DNA of 64,000 bases from positions 2,112,001 to 2,176,000 of the forward strand of contig CBDFLJ010000002.1 in assembly GCA_965248835.1 (NCBI GenBank), given 5' to 3'. The position numbers and the translations under genes were made by a program. Below the pieces are notes generated by a model that saw nothing but the letters and a program-made list of their open reading frames with translations, did not search any database and had not been told where the DNA came from. The stretch comes from Alphaproteobacteria bacterium (GTDB lineage: Bacteria > Pseudomonadota > Alphaproteobacteria > MPNO01). Shown piece after piece: positions 60,839 through 64,000 of this stretch (positions within the stretch are counted from its first letter, which is position 1; the number at the start of each line of letters is the position of its first letter).

Positions 60839-61697
60839 CGGCCCCGGCCTCCTGTTCGGCCTCCTGGGCGATGGAGCGGTCGTGATAGCGCCGGTGCGCG
60901 GCCCGCATGTGATCGAGGATCGCCGGGTCCCGGTCGCGCACGGGCACCGGGTCGGGGTCCCAATGCCCGTAGGCGTCGGTGCCGCGCACCAGCGCCGCGG
61001 TGCGCCGGCCGAGCGTCGAGCGCACCGAGGTCGGGATGTAGAACAGCGTCAGCCCGATCCGGGGTACAGCGCTCCGGTTGGGCAGCGATCCGTGCACCGT
61101 GCGCTCGTGATGGACCGAGAACTGCCCCGCCCGGAGCTCGATGTCGACCGCTTCGCTCTCGTCGAGCCTCTCGATCGCCTGGCCGCGCGCCAGGAGGTTC
61201 TTTTCGGCGAACGTCTCGGTATGGCGGTACGCCGGCCCCAGATGGGAGCCCGGCAACACCCTGAGACACCCGTTGTCCCGGTTGCTGTCGGTCAGCGCCA
61301 CCCACACGGCAGCGAGCGCGTGCGGCTCGAGGCCGAAATAGGCCGAATCCTGATGCCAGGAGACATAGGAGCCCTCCCCACCCCCCGGCTTGACCCAGAA
61401 TTTCGAGGCAAAGATCAAGATGTCCGGCCCGATCAGATCCTCGACCACGTCGAGAATCTCAGCGCGCTTCGTCAGCGCATGCGACCAGGTAAAGCAAAGA
61501 TGCCCTTTGAAGTGGACCGCCCCGACCGAGAACCCTTCTTCCCGCTCGAAGTCATCCAGCGCTGCGCACATCGACGCCGCCTCGGCCCGTGAGATCCCCG
61601 AAAACGGTGCCAGGTAGCCCTGCGCCCGATAGAGCGTCACCTGATCGGCATCAAGACCCTTGCCCAAGACCCGGCGCCCTCCGCAGCCAATCCGCAC
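60834..61697 (-). CDS. phytanoyl-CoA dioxygenase family (Fe/2OG) protein; true start probably ~61667
   Basis: ILDVVEDLIGPD, WHQDSAY, WVAL, NGCL.VLPGSH, H...VHGS.PN.S..PR. Confidence 0.9.
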   Translation of the reverse strand: MRIGCGGRRVLGKGLDADQVTLYRAQGYLAPFSGISRAEAASMCAALDDFEREEGFSVGAVHFKGHLCFTWSHALTKRAEILDVVEDLIGPDILIFASKFWVKPGGGEGSYVSWHQDSAYFGLEPHALAAVWVALTDSNRDNGCLRVLPGSHLGPAYRHTETFAEKNLLARGQAIERLDESEAVDIELRAGQFSVHHERTVHGSLPNRSAVPRIGLTLFYIPTSVRSTLGRRTAALVRGTDAYGHWDPDPVPVRDRDPAILDHMRAAHRRYHDRSIAQEAEQEAGAD

Positions 61698-61809
61698 CGC
61701 TCCATGATCGCACGTTCAAGCCCCGGCACAATCCCCAGCGCCGCCGACATCCCCCTAGGCCCGATTCCGCCCAGCGGCTATCATCGTCCCGACAGCCCTC
61801 ACCCACCCG

Positions 61810-61896
61810 GGGCCCGTGGTGGAATTGGCAGACACAGCAGACTTAAAATTTGCTTCTCGAAAGAGAGTGCCGGTTCGAGTCCGGCCGGGCCCACCA
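61810..61896 (+). tRNA. tRNA-Leu (anticodon TAA)
   Basis: GGGCCCG/CGGGCCC acceptor stem + ACCA; GCAGA-CTTAAAA-TTTGC anticodon arm; long variable arm; GGTTCGAGTCC T-arm. Confidence 0.96.
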
Positions 61897-61940
61897 GAAC
61901 CTGCACGCGGAACCTGCACGCCCCACCGGAACCTGCACGC
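61897..61940 (+). repeat. three copies of GAACCTGCACGC directly after the tRNA
   Basis: Read directly. Confidence 0.8.
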
Positions 61941-61998
61941 GAAGCGACCTTGCGCGGCGGCCGGCGAAGAACCGGACTGCGGTCTGATCGGAACATGC

Positions 61999-62373
61999 TC
62001 AAAGCACGGCCGTGAAATCGCACTGGACGAGGTAGGGGCCCTCGGCCGGGGCGGGCTGGGTGTGGCGGGCCGGACGCGAGTCCGGATCGGGGAACATCCT
62101 GGTCCACTCGGCATTCAGCACTGCGCGGTCGGCCGGATTCCGGAGCCAGACCGAGACCTTGATGATGTCCTCCGTCGTCCCGCCCGCCGCCTCGACCGTC
62201 TCGCGTATATAACGGAAAACCAGCGCGCACTGCTCTTCCAGCGTCTTGGCGGGCTTCTCGGTCACCGGGTCGCGGCCGAGCAGGACGCCCGACATCACGA
62301 TATTGCCGATCCTGGATGCGTTGGGGATGGGGTTGGCGTGCTTGAAGCCCTCGATGTGGATGGACTTGCGCAC
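61999..62373 (-). CDS. RidA family protein
   Basis: H.NPIP.ASRIG, EQC, DIIKV, LNAEW..MFPD..SRPARH. Confidence 0.88.
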   Translation of the reverse strand: MRKSIHIEGFKHANPIPNASRIGNIVMSGVLLGRDPVTEKPAKTLEEQCALVFRYIRETVEAAGGTTEDIIKVSVWLRNPADRAVLNAEWTRMFPDPDSRPARHTQPAPAEGPYLVQCDFTAVL

Positions 62374-62376
62374 CGC

Positions 62377-62814
62377 TCAGCGCCCCTCGTAGTACTTGGC
62401 GAAGTCGGGCAGCTTGGCGAATCGCTCGACGCCGTCTTCCATCGGCACCCAGGGAAGTGCGCTGTCGGTCCAGATATTGGCCTTGATCGGCACCCAGCTC
62501 GGATCGTCCAGCGTGCCGCCGAACACGACCGTGACATGGGGCCTGGCGGCGCTGCCCGAATAGACCGTCGTGCCGCACGCGCCGCAGAACCGCATGGAAA
62601 GCGCGTTGCCGCTGTCGGCGGCCCGCGTGCGGATAACCGGGTCCCCCTTATCCAGGGTGAAGCCCGAGCTTGGGACCTGGAGCGATATGCCGAAGGCGCT
62701 CCCGGTGCGCTTCTGGCAGGCGGTGCAATGACAGAGATAGGAGACGAACGGCTCTTCGCTCACGGTGTAGCGGATCGCACCGCACGCGCAGCCGCCGGAA
62801 AACGGTACCGGCAT
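62377..62814 (-). CDS. GFA (glutathione-dependent formaldehyde-activating) family protein
   Basis: GGCACGAIRY, CHCTACQKRTGS, RFCGACG, GTLDD. Confidence 0.92.
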   Translation of the reverse strand: MPVPFSGGCACGAIRYTVSEEPFVSYLCHCTACQKRTGSAFGISLQVPSSGFTLDKGDPVIRTRAADSGNALSMRFCGACGTTVYSGSAARPHVTVVFGGTLDDPSWVPIKANIWTDSALPWVPMEDGVERFAKLPDFAKYYEGR

Positions 62815-63013
62815 CCCAAATCCTCCCCTGTGAGACTGTCCGCCGGCGATGATAACCGGAGCCGACGGCGCTGTCCCGGGGCGCGATGCACGGACGCCGA
62901 CCGCAGCGAGACCGCAGCACTTGCTTCAAGGGCGCTATCCAAAGCCGTGCTGACCCGCGCGGAGATCTCAAAGTATGATGCGGGCCGAGCATGGACGGAA
63001 CGGGAGTTTGCGT

Positions 63014-63199
63014 GTGACGGGCCAGGATGATCCGCTACGGGCGTTGCTGAACGGCCCGGTCTCGGTGGTCAACATCGGATTTGAGGGCTTCGCTGCCGTG
63101 CTGAGGCAGCAGGAGGTGCCGGTGGTCCAGGTCGATTGGGCGCCGCCGGCCGGCGGCGATCCTCGTCTGATCGACCTGCTGGAGAAGCTGGGGGCGTGA
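63014..63199 (+). CDS. small FdrA-associated protein
   Basis: VVNIG.EGFA..L..Q...VVQVDW.PPAGGD..L; TGATG coupling to the DUF1116 gene. Confidence 0.75.
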   Translation: MTGQDDPLRALLNGPVSVVNIGFEGFAAVLRQQEVPVVQVDWAPPAGGDPRLIDLLEKLGA

Positions 63200-64000
63200 T
63201 GGCGCAGAGCGCGACCGCAGAGGCCATCGAAGCCGCCAACGCCGAAGCGGTCCGCCGGATGTTGGCGGCCGAACCGGTTCTGGTCGACGTCGCCACCGCG
63301 GGCGCGGTCATCGACGGGCTTGGCGAGCATATGATCCTCCACGCCGGCCCGCCGATCGCATGGCAGGCGATGAGCGGTCCGATGCGCGGTGCGGTCGCCG
63401 GCGCGATCGTGCTGGAGGGCTGGGCACCGGATCTCACTGCGGCGGGCGCGCTCGCAGCCGGCAACGGCATCGCATTCCATCCCAACCATCACTTCGACGC
63501 CGTGGGACCGATGACCGGCATGATCACCGCCTCGATGCCGGTGATGGTGGTCGAGAACCGGGCCTTCGGCAACCGCGCCTTCTGCACCCTCAACGAGGGG
63601 CTGGGCAAGGTGATGCGGTTCGGCGGCAACGATGATGAGGTCCTTGCCCGGCTGCGCTGGCTGGGCGAAGCGCTGGCGCCGGCGCTTTCGGGCGCGCTCG
63701 GGCGGTCGGGCGGGGTTGCGTTGAAGGCGCTTATCGCGCGCGGCCTGTCGATGGGCGATGAAATGCACCAGCGCAACGTCGGCTGCACAAGCCTGTTCCT
63801 GCGCACCATCGCGCCCGCCATGGCGCGCGCCGTCGAGGACAGGGAGGAACTGGCGACGCTCTTCGACTTCATCTGCGGCAACGACCAGTTCTTCCTCAAC
63901 ATCGCCATGGCGATGGGCAAAGCGATCATGGACCCGGTGCGCGGCATCGCGGCATCGAGCATCGTCACCGCGATGTGCCGCAACGGCACCGAGTTCGGCA
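63199..64000 (+). CDS. DUF1116 (YlbE-like) protein, truncated by the window end
   Basis: ILHAGPPI.W..M.GPMRGAV, HHFDAVGPMTG, NEGLGKVMRFG, MGDEMHQRN, NDQFFLN, RNGTEFG. Confidence 0.9.
   Translation, partial: MAQSATAEAIEAANAEAVRRMLAAEPVLVDVATAGAVIDGLGEHMILHAGPPIAWQAMSGPMRGAVAGAIVLEGWAPDLTAAGALAAGNGIAFHPNHHFDAVGPMTGMITASMPVMVVENRAFGNRAFCTLNEGLGKVMRFGGNDDEVLARLRWLGEALAPALSGALGRSGGVALKALIARGLSMGDEMHQRNVGCTSLFLRTIAPAMARAVEDREELATLFDFICGNDQFFLNIAMAMGKAIMDPVRGIAASSIVTAMCRNGTEFG

Noticed and set aside
61810-61896. tRNA-anchored genomic island or prophage
   Set aside because: No integrase, phage genes or duplicated tRNA 3' end found in the window.

Overview
High-GC window from what is most likely an alphaproteobacterial chromosome, judged by the xseB-ispA-dxs and small ORF-murA-DUF2948-hisG-hisD gene orders. 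It carries housekeeping genes (pgi, ispA, dxs, murA, hisG, hisD, tRNA-Leu(UAA)) and about 35 kb of catabolic enzymes of mostly unknown substrate. The standout is an accessory island at about 7.5-23 kb. It contains a TolC/adaptor/ABC (MacAB-TolC-like) exporter whose adaptor is fused to an N-terminal PAS domain. Next come five paralogs, plus one 3' remnant, of a Sec-signalled, 12-cysteine, two-domain protein. Each of the five has its own conserved TTGACA-N17 promoter and leader, the C-terminal domain resembles a cyanovirin-N half-repeat, and the domains appear to have been swapped between copies. Nested among them is a 1267-aa secreted FG-GAP/ASPIC-UnbV plus vanadium-haloperoxidase fusion. Many intergenic spaces are deletion-fused gene fragments (sulfatase, fahA, IS5, xseB, HTTM, Ig-like, IS1182, Rieske, TAXI, DctM), which suggests ongoing genome decay such as is seen in host-associated bacteria. 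All assignments come from motif recognition by eye; no database searches were run.
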